A DNA stretch of 64,000 nucleotides from Owenia fusiformis (taxonomy: Eukaryota): NCBI GenBank assembly GCA_903813345.2, contig CAIIXF020000001.1:26536001-26600000 (forward strand), written 5' to 3'. Made by a program: the position numbers and the translations under genes. Positions 26,475-38,930 of the stretch are shown one piece after another (within the stretch, counting starts at the first letter, position 1; each line of letters starts with the position of its first letter). Below the pieces are notes generated by a model. It was not told the origin of the DNA. It worked only from the letters and a program-made list of their open reading frames with translations, and searched no databases.

Positions 26475-26631
26475 CACTTGTGATCCACTCGATTACAAGG
26501 TTTCGGTAACAAAATGTCGGAACCTCGAAACTTCAAAAACGATTAAGAGCTGCACTCCTACATATACCCCATTCGGTTTACGTATAAACGAACAGTTTCG
26601 GTAACTAGCGTAATCTAGTGGATCACCGGTG
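26475..26631. mobile_element. Internally deleted copy of the same Transib-like MITE, 157 bp
   Basis: CACTTGTGATCCACTCGATTAC ... GTAATCTAGTGGATCACCGGTG with 5-bp TSD AAAAC at 26470-26474 and 26632-26636. Confidence 0.85.
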
Positions 26632-27384
26632 AAAACCCTTAGTCTAACGGTTTTAAACGTAGACAGATATAGATAGAGAACTACAAAATAAATTTATGGC
26701 AGTTATGGCAAGCTATATCCAGTTTACCCTTTACAAATGAGGAACTACTACAAGGGCTTCAGAAAAAGACATGTTCCGACTTCCACATAAATAAAGGTCA
26801 GGCTATGAAATTGGCTTATGTTTACATCAAATGGACTGCAAATTACTACTGGCAGAGGGTAAGACTTCACAGGTCGACAAGTCAATAATGTTTATTACTT
26901 TATACAAGAATACTGCAATATAAAGTGGATTAAGGCCACAATCTCATAAAGATTGTTTTTGCCTATGTCTACAATAAGTTATATCTTTCATTTGATCCAT
27001 TTCATCAATTCCTTCATAAATCAGAGAGCTGTATGTTGTTATAATCTGAATATATTTTAATACAATAGAATCATTAATCATCACAAAGTATGTCCATATA
27101 TGCAATTCGAACGATTCATTTGATAAATCGTCAGCCAAGATATCCTGGTACATATCAAATATATCACACAATTCATGAACAATATCCATACATTGAACGG
27201 CATAATGCCTCGCCGCATTTTTCCACCATGGTCGCGCCCATACTTCCTTGCTCTAGATCTACCAGAGGGAAGACTCCAAACAACTCCATGGATTGTAAAA
27301 ATGATCATGATCATGCTATCTTCTGTTATTATAGGAAAATACATACATTCCATTTTGATTTTACATGTTTTCATTAATCGTATT

Positions 27385-27864
27385 TCACATAAACTGTTGT
27401 TTGAGCTCTGCATGTCTGACATAATGGGGCTTTTGCTGTACACCATGGTGCACACATGGTACCTTAGTCCTCCCAGCTCGACCACCACGTTCCCGCATTT
27501 CGTTATTCTCAATCTCAGTCTTTAACGAAAGTCCCCTTGTGAGAGACGTTGATTTACTATGGAAAGACATTTGATGCTGAGAAAGTCTAGTGGATCGTAT
27601 TCTCTCGTTTTGGTAGTTCCTCTTGCAGCACGACTTTAATGCCTGTTTGAAGCTCTCTCTAAAGTTCTTGGACATAAATGCGTAAACTATGGGATTGACA
27701 CAGCTATTACAATAAGCCATCAGAGAGAAAGCGAGTCGCATTGGCTTTAACTCAAAATAGTTCAGCTCAAAACGTTTATCGAAGGAGACGAGGACATTGT
27801 CTATTAGGAACGGGCCCCAACAAAGGGCGAAGATAACGATGACCGTCACCAGCATCTTGATCAC
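27385..27864 (-). CDS. Class A neuropeptide-type GPCR, last coding exon (TM6, TM7, helix 8, C-tail)
   Basis: ttttcag acceptor at 27865-27866; VIKMLVTVIVIFALCWGP (CWxP), NSCVNPIVY (NPxxY), FRESF, CC; stop at 27385. Confidence 0.95.
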   Translation of the reverse strand: MIKMLVTVIVIFALCWGPFLIDNVLVSFDKRFELNYFELKPMRLAFSLMAYCNSCVNPIVYAFMSKNFRESFKQALKSCCKRNYQNERIRSTRLSQHQMSFHSKSTSLTRGLSLKTEIENNEMRERGGRAGRTKVPCVHHGVQQKPHYVRHAELKQQFM

Positions 27865-28036
27865 CTGAAAAGCAGAAGGCGTGTAGTTAATTAAACACAT
27901 TCAAAATAAGTCCTTTTCGAGCCATTGAGCAGTTTCATAGATTCTGAGTCAATGTGCGTGGCCATATTCAAGACACTTCCAGTTTTCCGAATAATGAGAG
28001 GGATTGTGTTACACCCCCGCCATCCGAGAACCATCC

Positions 28037-28155
28037 CAGGCCCGTAGCCAGGGTGGGGGGGGGGTGTTCGATGTTCGATGGGTTCGAGCGAACTTTTCAA
28101 AATTGGAATTTTTCAAAAAGTGAACTCCCCTTGGCAAATCCTGGCTACGGGCCTG
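28037..28155. mobile_element. 119-bp MITE with 5-bp TSD, hAT5-like tentative
   Basis: Perfect 15-bp TIR CAGGCCCGTAGCCAG / CTGGCTACGGGCCTG; TSD CATCC at 28032-28036 and 28156-28160. Confidence 0.9.
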
Positions 28156-28401
28156 CATCCTTGGTCCAAGGGTATTTCACTTCTTTCCATGAATTGAGCA
28201 ATAAATGAAGTTCTTTGAATAAAGGATGTCCGAGAACCTGACTACTGTGAGACATTTGAGAGGTTAAGATGCACGTTTTTCAGAAACTTGTACTTGAACG
28301 TGTAGAATTATGGTCATCTGTGAATTAGCTCCCATTTGTGCTGTTTACTTGGCGGATTGAGTATAAAGGAATACGGAAAATAATTGTATTGTAATTGGCA
28401 T

Positions 28402-28560
28402 TGTCCAGTCATGGTGCTGTTGTCTGGTCATTGTGTTACTATCTGGACATGGTGCTATTGTTCTAAAAAATGGCGCTACCTTCGGGACACGGTGCTATCG
28501 TCTAGACATAGTGCTAGTGTCTAGTCATGGTGATAGTGTCGGGAAATTGTGCCTTTGTCC
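28402..28560. repeat. Degenerate ~19-20-bp minisatellite
   Basis: About 8 units resembling GTCTGGACATGGTGCTATT. Confidence 0.65.
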
Positions 28561-29373
28561 GTGTGGACGGACCATTTTTTGACAAGTCTGGTAAACCTGT
28601 AGAAGGTGCACGTTCATGTCCAATAAAGTCCAGTTAGAGGGCACACTGAGGGGTGACAGTTATCAACACGGGCCAGCAAATTAATGACCACAACAGACGT
28701 CATTTGAGATTCAAAAATAGCACATATTTCATTCAAGTTGTGAATTAGAATAAATGTGCTTGATTACTGCATACTGAAATTCGGTTAATCTCCCCAGCTG
28801 AAAGGATTATCTGTGTAGTAATTTCATTTCTGTGCAATCGTCCGGAATTAGCTGTCAGTCAAAAATGATTCAACAGTAAGTACAGGTCTCGGTTGGTCAT
28901 TAATTGAAACCAAAGATTGAAGATGCTACATATTGATCTTATTTAACCTGAAAACACATATTAACCGAAAAGTATATTTTAAAAATATATTTTATTTCTT
29001 AACCTTTTCACTGACTGGACACACCGCCCTTTCCCGTAAAAGCGATCTGGTGGATTCTTTTGAATGTAATGGATAATGAACTTTAAGATCAGATCTTGAT
29101 ACATATTCACTTATCACTTGAACATCTCCCCTTAATTAATTTTTGTGTATTCGAAAGTGTCCTATAGGAGGGGGGATTTTTACAGAGATATGGACTATTT
29201 GGCCAGGAACGCAAGAGAAATGGGAAATTGGAATATTAAGTATAGTGTAAGTTAAGGATAAATTTTGAGTATTGGGTTTTAAGAGGAATAATAGGCCGAG
29301 GGCGGAGGCTATTAATTCTCCAAAGACCTAATACGAATGGTTTATCTTACTTAAACCCCACACAAACTCTTAA

Positions 29374-30206
29374 AGGCCCCATATAAAGTTTAATCCACTT
29401 TGGCTTATATTGTAGTCTTACCCAATGTTATCAAAGTGTGATATGTGAAACTTTTTTTTAAAATTTCAAAAAGTGGTTTTTGATAGACTTTTTGTTCCAA
29501 AATTTGTGAATTTATTTAAAACCAACTTTTAGAGGTCACTCATATCTTCAAATTAGCCACAATTCAAACCAATGCATAGCATACATCCTCCCATGTTTTT
29601 TGCCGAAAGAATTAAGAAAATCGGTTCATAAATAAGCGAGAAATAAACTTATCAGTGCATGAAAATGGTTCTGAGAAAAATGCATTTCAAAATTTTAGTT
29701 CTCATAGAAACCAATGGTACAATGATATCTAAAACACAATTTATTCTTCCTTTTAACCTGGTTAGACAATCAACATTGTTTTTTTATGAAAGTGTAACAT
29801 ATTTAGAAAAGATTGACATCGAAAAAAAAATTTCAATTTTTTTCAAAAAGTTTTTGGTACCTTAGTGACATCACTAATGTTTCAAAATATTTTTGATATG
29901 TTAAAACATTGAAGTGGCCCATTAAATATGGCATTTTATTATTGAAATAGTGTGTCCTTTGTTCAACCTTTGCATTGGTGTTAAAAAGATAATCTTTTTT
30001 GAAATGCGTTAAGAAATATTTGATGATTAAGAAATTTCAACTTTTTTTGAAAAATGGCGGGAAATTTGAATATTTGAGAAATGAAATGCTCACAAATTTT
30101 TTTTCCAAAATTTTTTTTTGTTCAAAAATCTCTAAAATCACTTTTAAAGTCCTGACAAATAGTAAATGAATGATAAAAAAATATTTTCAAACTTTAGACG
30201 GGGACT
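29374..30206. mobile_element. Kolobok-like non-autonomous element with TTAA target
   Basis: TTAA|AGGCCCCATATAAAGTTT ... AAACTTTAGACGGGGACT|TTAA. Confidence 0.7.
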
Positions 30207-32459
30207 TTAAGAAAGGCAAATGGCCCATAATCCAATTTTAGTGAAACTTGTGGTAAGAGTGTTGAGAAATGTACTTTAATTACAATATAGACTGATACAT
30301 TTCAACGTCCTTAGCAGACCATAATTGTGATTCTGTAAGAAATGATGTTGGAAGATTTGATATTGAAGTAGGGAGAAGGAGGATCGAAGACGGGAGAGGT
30401 TTCTATAGATTTACGTTATACTTCATAATTACGTAACAGATGTTGTGCAGATATGAGTTTGAATGTCATTTATTAGCATCATGTATCATTAGTTAGCATC
30501 GCATATCATTATCTGCCTCAGACCAAAGTAATGTATGGTTTAATACTTTAATTATCTGATTTTTAAATGTAACTCTCATCACGATGCTAACGCCCTATTC
30601 TTATACTTATCACGTCTTTCTGCTTTCAAACTACCAATTCTAGATAAAATCAAGATGGTAACCTATATTTATTGATATAATCAAATCTGTTACTTTATCT
30701 CTACATAATGATTTGATGATAACTAACTTTGCATGAGTGAAACCACGGTGAAAATGTATATCACTTTCCTTCAACTGAAAAATACGATAAATGAATCGTA
30801 AAAAGGTTCTGGCACCATCAAATATTACCTTAATATACCTGTCGATCATGCTGATAAATTATAGACATACGTGTAGGTTCATTTTCATACAATGCATATG
30901 GTAATTGATACATATTTTGAAATGATCTCGGATTTAGAATTATTGTTCTCAACGGGAATCATTATATACTCGTGTCTATTGCTACCCTGCGCGCAGAGTC
31001 TAGTTATAAACTACGAAGACGAAACTCTCTTTTAAGAAGTGAAGTCGAACGTATGCGAAGGATAGTCTTTGCCATACTAGGCTGGTAATTTTGATTTCAG
31101 AACAAAGTAGAATTCTTTCTGAAGTAGATGATGAATGTCATGAATGTTTAATTCTGACTTTCTTATCAAACGAGTTTGATCAGAAAACCAACTATAGAAC
31201 TACAGAACTACCAATGGCGTATTACATGCTACACATAAGCTTACTGCGGTGTAGTCTAAACAAACACTGCAGCCAGATTGGCTATTTTTATTCAAAAGTG
31301 AGGAAGCTACATGTATTTGCATAAATTTATGCGTATACGTTGCCGTGCCCTTTCGATTTTATATACTAGCTTAAACTCTCCAGTATCTACCGTTTGCCCT
31401 TTAGTTTATATAATTTTTTTTGAGGAATGCGACGACGTCAAGATACGCGATACTTACATAGGCACGCGTCGTTGAACTGCGTCACTTTTAACCACGTGGT
31501 GATAAAATATTATCCGCAAGTTACTTGATATGCGATGAGATCTAGGCGTGATTAATTGTATGAAATAATACCAAGTATATTTCATCGCCTTGCCAACGAT
31601 TTTAGAAAATATTCTGTTTTCTAATCAGACAGTAGAGATTGAGTTCAAAAGTAGGATTGTATACTATTTCACCTTAATTTGCTTGACTATTTTAAAATAT
31701 GTCAGACACTGACAACCTGTGTAATTTCCTGAACAGATTGTTCTTTTCCCTAGAGAGTGGTTATTAAAACATGGTCATTCAATTGCTTCGTTGCCTCCTC
31801 CAAGGGCAATAGAACAGACACATTCTGCCAATATGGTAATGTCAAATATCCGTTCAATGTTATACACGGAATCAAAATTCGGATACTTTCACTCGCAATT
31901 TTAATCAATTTTCTTATTGTTCGGACAATTTGATTATTGGACCACTGCTAATGTACATTTTATACATTCCCGTATCAACATCAAAACAAAAACAATTTGA
32001 TGACGCTTGTTTACGATAACGTTAGTTTCCGTAACACAAAACGGTTTTGTGGAAACCACGTGTATGTGAAATGTAAATATAATTCATATCTATTGAAAAA
32101 ATAACTATAAGCTAATCAAGCTAATATAATCAGAATACAGAATTTAATTGGATGCGAGCATTATTCAGCGACAGAAATAAACATTGGCTGTCACTGAATT
32201 TCAACAGAGAATACATAATTATAGCAAAATGCATAACAGCAGCAATTAACCAATAAGAATAAAGAGTTGAATCATTTGCATGAAACTTCCCATTTACCAG
32301 AGCATAATGAGGTTGTATGCGAGCATAGAGAACTGATCTACATGCGGGGTATCAAAAGGGGATGTTCCCTTTACAAGTTTTTAGTGCGATAGCAAGGGGG
32401 TGCCCATAGCCAAAGTATGAGGTGCAAGAACAGTTTAAAAGCCTGCCTACTTGTCTTAC

Positions 32460-32613
32460 TTGTCTGCGTTGTCTGATGTCATCCGGGACCCGCTGGTTAC
32501 CCTGGTTGGAAAGGCATGGTGCCCCACTATCACTTCTTCGCACCACGCTTAATTGGTGACGGACCATGAATGGCGTCACTTCCGGTGCTTTCGTGCCACC
32601 ATTCGTATTGGAA
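32460..32613 (-). CDS. GPCR exon encoding intracellular loop 3 (SNTNGGTKAPEVTPFMVRHQLSVVRRSDSGAPCLSNQGNQRVPDDIRQRRQ)
   Basis: ttccag acceptor, gtaaga donor, 154 nt; phases 2 and 0 fit the neighbouring exons and give RRQ|VIKML. Confidence 0.88.
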
Positions 32614-35600
32614 CTGGAATATTAAGAAATAGAAAATTATGAAATTAAAAGGCGTTACTATGTTCATTTTTCGTAACCTAACTTTACTAGTTCTAAGCTG
32701 AAGACAAGAGCGGTCCGTTTTGGTATAGTGGATGCGATATGAGAATCATTGTTTTTAGAAGTGAGAAGTTACGTTTTCAAAACCTTCTTTTAATCTTTCA
32801 TTGAACTTGATAACATACTTGTTGATAAAAGTTGATAAAACTGAAGGACAAAGGTCAAAATCTAGATTTTTGAAAACGAAAACGAGTCTGAAATCCTCAG
32901 TTTCACTGGTACTGGTAGAAATCTCATTACTTTTTGTACGAGATGCATGCTAAATTCACAAAGTTCAAATTAGAATTTCTCGAAACACAGCCCACCGAAT
33001 TTCAAAGTATTTCAGAGAAATATACCACCTTCATGTCAAAAAAATTTCAACAAAAATATCCCACGAAAATCAAAGGTTCTGCTCTCTTTTATAGTTGGAG
33101 TACCAAAACGTCATCATATTTATGTACATTGACCAAGTCACCACTACCAAGCTAATCCATTACTGTATATAAATAATAAGGAAAATAATTGTAATTATGT
33201 CACCATATAAATCAATAGAGAGTAGGACCAAAATTTGATAGGACCGCCTACCCTTTTACACCGGCATTGGAGTCCCCAAACAGGTTTTTAATAGAACTAC
33301 TTTCGTCATACCACGAAATAAACAAACCGAGTAAGGATAGTACACTCACTGCACTCTTCAAACTAGTTACCGAAACGGAAGTTTCGGTAACAAAATGAAA
33401 CTGCGTTTTTTCCTTATTTTACGAGATGTGGGAAGAATCTCCACGCCATTTCTAGTTTTGCAATTAGCAGGGTACTGACGTGGAAAATTAAAAATCAAAA
33501 TTAGAGAAGTTAAAATTCTATCAGTTTTCTAGCTATTTTCACTATATTGAATTTTTCCATTGATACATCATTAAGAGCTTTCTTTGGAATCAAGGCGCCC
33601 TTATTTGTTAAGTTGACAATATATCAATTTCTCAACCATGCGTGTAGACTAAACAGCATTTTTTCAGTCTACTTTTCGGAACACTTTTATTTTGCTCGCA
33701 CCCTGAAGTTTCCCGTTGATTACTCACATTTATTAAGTTAAGATACTTTATTTGAAATATTGGAGTTATCCTGTCACAGACGAGGATGGCTTGTTTTATT
33801 AAGCTTTGATGTTTGCATTAAAAGTCACTTTATTATCATTGTAGCTGCCATCTTATCATGAAGAATGCGACTTAAAATCGTCAAAGTCAGCGATGTGGCA
33901 TAGCTCAATACATTGTTAAAAGCTCTTAGGTGATTAAATAATCTTACTGTTATGTAAGATATAAACTGAGTGCACATTGCAATTTGGATTTTGCGTTTGA
34001 AGACGATTTCTACAGACGGCAGAACCTGAAACATATATTTTCACCAACCAGTATAGCGAATTAAATTTAAAGGATTGGTGTTTTTGGTTTTAGTTTTTTA
34101 AAGGGACGAGTGACCTAGATTTTGACCTTTAACAATGTTGAGTTTACCATGGGCTTTCAAGAGAAAGCCCATGACCTGACCTGTTTATAGGTCCTCTACT
34201 ATCGTTGTAAACTATTTGAAATTCAAAATTGTTTTTCACAACAAATTTAAAAATCTCATAACGCAACTGGGTCAAGATACCCTACAATACCAATGGTGCA
34301 AACCAAAACATAAACAGACTTTTCATGCTATCCAATTGGGAAATCTCCGTTTACCAAACTTTTTGAGGGGCTGTAACTTGATAATTTAGAACATCATTTT
34401 ATATAAGGATTGTACAAATTCACCAATAATTTATTCTTGATTAAAATATCTTGGATAAATTATGGGATTGATAGTAGCCGGGACAAAACTAAGAATCCAC
34501 TGCGTCAGAATTATTTGCCATTAACTCCAGATAATTTTCTCTTTTGACCTTAGGTCTCGTAAATTACAAAACAGGAAGTGACAAAACCATGCTGGATTTC
34601 AAACATTTTTAACTCTGATTAACAGAGTTCTGTTTTGACTTCCAGTCAATTCAACTAGTTCCAAATATCATTTACATGACCAGGATCACACTGTACATGG
34701 TCATAATTTTTTAGAAAATGTGCCAAATATGTTGCTCTAAATGATCCAATCTTTGATATTTTAGAAAATTGTCTGAAACAAAAATGGCGGTCATAAAAAG
34801 GAAAATAGATCGCTTTTCATTTCAGTTTTTTATGTTTTTCTTTTTTTACGAATGATATCAAATTTTCAAAGATTTTATCATTTAGACCAATATATTGGGC
34901 ACATATTCTGAAAAATTAAAAAGATTTTGTTCAGTGCTTGCCACCATCATCTACTAATTTTTGTTTATAATTTTTTTGTCTATCCTTCTACTTTACTAAT
35001 AGCTGATAACTACTTTTTAGAAATGGATGAAATGGTAATCAGTTGAACCGTTTAAGATACAACATAATAACCGTGATCACGAAATTGTAGTAACCACCCC
35101 ACGATTGCATCGGTCAGGTAAGAGAGGGTCTATTACTTGGCTTTAAGTCAGAATATCCTGCAGCTGAAAAGGACGCTAATGATAATGTCCCAGTCGTCAT
35201 TACAGAGACAAAGGCTAGGATAAAGTATAGGATGTATTATATTCTTGAAGAGAACAATAATCTCATTGAATTGAGTTTAATGGGATGAACCATTATCCAA
35301 TTATCAAGGTCCTCAAATGTAGTTGGTCACGTTTGTAAGTTGCCTATTTCCCGGACTATTTTCAAGTTCAACTGATAACAGTTTACTCCCAATTAATTGT
35401 TACCAAAATACTCGCTTGATATGGCCGGAATTGTAGATTCCCGCCCGCCATTTTAAAAATAAGGTGAGAGATCGTCAATGAATTCTGATTTTAACAAGTC
35501 ACTCGTGATGATAACACCGATAAGACTTGACTTCGATCACCCATCACCCTAGATTGTCCTTTAAGACCCATTATACACGAGATAAAATACTTTTACTTAC

Positions 35601-35809
35601 GTCATTGGTGCTCGAATACTAGCTCTTTTTGAGGTCACCCTCCAAAGTTCATGACATATACCAAAGTAGGCGAATGACATGATTCCTAGAGGAATAATGA
35701 ATATCGTGATAAGCATGTAGAGTTCATAGAGCTGACCATATATTGGGGCACTCCATTCTTTCACGCACCAGTAGCCGGTTCGATTTTCTCCAATCATAAT
35801 TTTGTGCAC
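35601..35809 (-). CDS. GPCR exon, ECL2 and TM5 (VHKIMIGENRTGYWCVKEW...YELYMLITIFIIPLGIMSFAYFGICHELW...)
   Basis: Polypyrimidine tract with aag acceptor, gtaagt donor, 209 nt; ECL2 Cys and TM5 FxxP...Y. Confidence 0.93.
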
Positions 35810-38180
35810 CTTAAAACAAAAAGAAAGGCCCATTACCACATTGATCGCTTGAACAAAGTGCTTATAAAATCGTTGGAAGTGCATTTGGAAAACACATTCT
35901 TGGTAATTCCAGGTCGTTATTTTCATCAGAACATCTTGCGGTTTTGAGACCAGACGTGTGACGAGTATGAGAACCTTTGATTAGTAAACTTGTTTATTTT
36001 TATTTTCAGTTTTGCATAAAGAGGACAATATGAGCCAGTTTCAGCAAGATCACCATATTTAATTGTTACCCCGATATTCTAACTGCAACTGACACTTGTC
36101 AATGTCTGCCCTGGGGTATTACATAAGTACATTAGTACGTTATGTTGGAAAGGGTTAACGAGCCTCTAGGAGAATCACCCTCTGTCAAAGGAGTCAATCA
36201 GACATAAAGGTGTAGTGTGAAAATCTGATGAAAACAGATGGGAATTTCCTCAGGAAAACAAGACTGGATATTAATCTGAATTTCTTATTGTTTATTTATT
36301 GACTTTATTATCAGAGCCAAAAGCAGAGGGATTTGGGAATTTCCATTTTATGATTGTCGTCGCTATGACAGCCCTAGTGTCAATTTTAGCCTCTAGGTTC
36401 ACAAAAAAAAGATTTTTTTTCAATTGAATTATGTCATGTTGTTTGGAAATGACTTATCTTTAAAATGACATCTTATACATAACATAGGATCATATAATTT
36501 TCATCTTCAAACTTGTGTATTGTTTTTTGGCTAACCCAGTACACGTTTTCTACATGTGTTAGGCGGCGACAATAACAAGGTTAGGCTAAACGTTTTTAAG
36601 AAAACGTGTACGTAAACATGTACTAGATCATGACCCCCAGAGATTTCTATACACTAGCATTGATTTTTCCAGGGACTTTATCCCTCTTTATACTCAATTG
36701 GGTAAGTAAACACTAGAATGGGGCGAATCTAGGATAAAATTCATCTTCCAGGGTCTGGGAGAACTAATCCCCTGGGGACCATTATTCTACACGTTCATGT
36801 ATTGTACAAGTTCTATTAAAAACGTGTAGCTCAACCTCCTAGTCATCTTTGATAACCAAGGTATGACGTTTTCATTGAAAATCAAGCTGGTAAACGAGTA
36901 TGCTCCCTCGGGTTAAAACTGAAAAAAAGGTATTTGTAATTTATCCCTAACCATCTCCATCGATCTTTAATTCAACACGTAGCTTCATTCGTCATTTTCG
37001 ATTATTATCTATTCTTAATGAGAATCTTTAATCAATTTAATTGACCATCTGACAACAATTATCTATTACCAATGCTTACAGTATGTAGGTCAAGTTTTGC
37101 AAGAACCTTGCAAAAAAGCTTTCCTTTTGTAACACTTCAAATCTTTTGACGTATGCGAAAGAAAATTGAAGCACGAGACTGAACAGATTGTGGGTGATTT
37201 TTGTTCTGTTGTCTCTTATACACGATGAGCCACAAAACGGTCACCAAATTAAATAGTACTTGGTTATCCTTCATTCTACCAAGTTTAATTGGTATTACAA
37301 GTCCAAGCTGAATGACTGAGCTATAAACATGCAATTGTTTGGGTTACCTTTTTGGCCCACCTTGTAATATAATCAATGGTTTTCTATCTAATCCCTTGTG
37401 ATTTCAATTCAAAACGGTCACGACAAGATCCTACAAAAAAAGATAATTATCGGCTCAAGCGAAACACACGAATCGACCGTAAAAAACAACAAATTGTCTA
37501 GACAAATAATTGTTAACTTAATGAAACACAAATAGATGGGTTAACGTTATAAGACAGACTGACCTTATCTCGGATATAACTTATTAGCCTTTTTGTAAAT
37601 GGTTAATAAAGACTAATAGATCAGAGTAAATTCAGTTATTTGTTTTATATAAAATGTCAGTTATTAATTGATGTATTATATTATTTGTCTCTTACGTAAT
37701 GTTTTTTCTTGTAGGAATAAAAATTTCAAAGTTTTTCATGTATTAATTAAAAACCTAAATTAGATCAAATTTTCGATCCAAATTGTGATTAAAAAAGATT
37801 CCAAAAACATTTATTACGTATATTATTACATTTTTAAAACCTCTATACTGTTTCTGTACATTAGATTTTTTGGGATATTGGGGGCTGGTGACTTGTTGTT
37901 TTTCATACTTCTTGTGGTTTCTCTTTACTGTATATGTCTCACACCATCCACCAAGCTTATATATATATATATATCTTTATTTCCCATTTAGCACGGAGTA
38001 CAAACATATTGAACATTTAACACAACAGTGAAAATTAACCAAAAACAACGACACAAAAACACATCTAAAAATTCAAGACAATAATAAAAAACACACAAAA
38101 ACAACAAAAACAATCCATAAATATGGCAACATATCAACAGGCGGAATACCCAAGGGTTCAGAGATGACCTTAAATTTAAT

Positions 38181-38930
38181 CAAGAGGAGGGAAAGCCCAG
38201 AGCTTTAGAAATAACAGGCATAATTACTGTACGTCTCGTGCTTACCACCTTCGTTCGAATTTTCACCGGCTAGTTTCCAAATACTACACTTCGATGTGAT
38301 GTTTTGATTGATGTAGGTATATTCCTTACACCTTTCTTTATCTTGCTGTGAAATAAAAAGCTATGGAACTGGTTAACACGCCATAAATGAATAATTGGAA
38401 GCGTATTCCGAAAACTTTGAGGCCACCATTTTGATTGCCGATTTTTGACATATCAGAAATTGTCATATCAATACAGGTGTACTTTATAAGAACATGTCAT
38501 CTTTGAACTCTCGGGTTATTCCCCTCTGACTTCAATATAACTTGATATAGAGATGACCATCGTTGCTGACGTAAACAAAATGGCGGATTCTAATTTTTGT
38601 AAAAACGCTTTGAATAATAGGATGTTAATTTCTCATGTTTCAGGCATGTTTACAGGTATTGTAGCCATGTCAAGATGATGTAAGGAATACTAGATATAGT
38701 ATGTTTAGATCAATTAATAATCTACCCTTTGCATTCGCTCGACTTCACTTGTTAAAAGAGAGCTTCGTCTTCATAGTAGTTTTTAACTAGACTCTGCGCG
38801 AAGGGTATTAATAATCACATCGACGTGTGATATCCAGAAACTAGATGGTGGAAATTCGGTAAAACGAAGGTGGCAATCAAGAGAGGTAATTTTGAGGTAA
38901 TCTCTGGGCTCTGGGGTTTCCCTCCTCTTA
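38181..38930. mobile_element. Degenerate long-TIR element
   Basis: AAGAGGAGGGAAAGCCCAGAG ... CTCTGGGGTTTCCCTCCTCTT; internal parts resemble ~775-915 and ~30983-31065 in inverted orientation. Confidence 0.6.

Noticed and set aside
27081-27525. Overlapping ORFs near the GPCR last exon
   Set aside because: No recognisable motifs; alternative-frame or antisense shadows.
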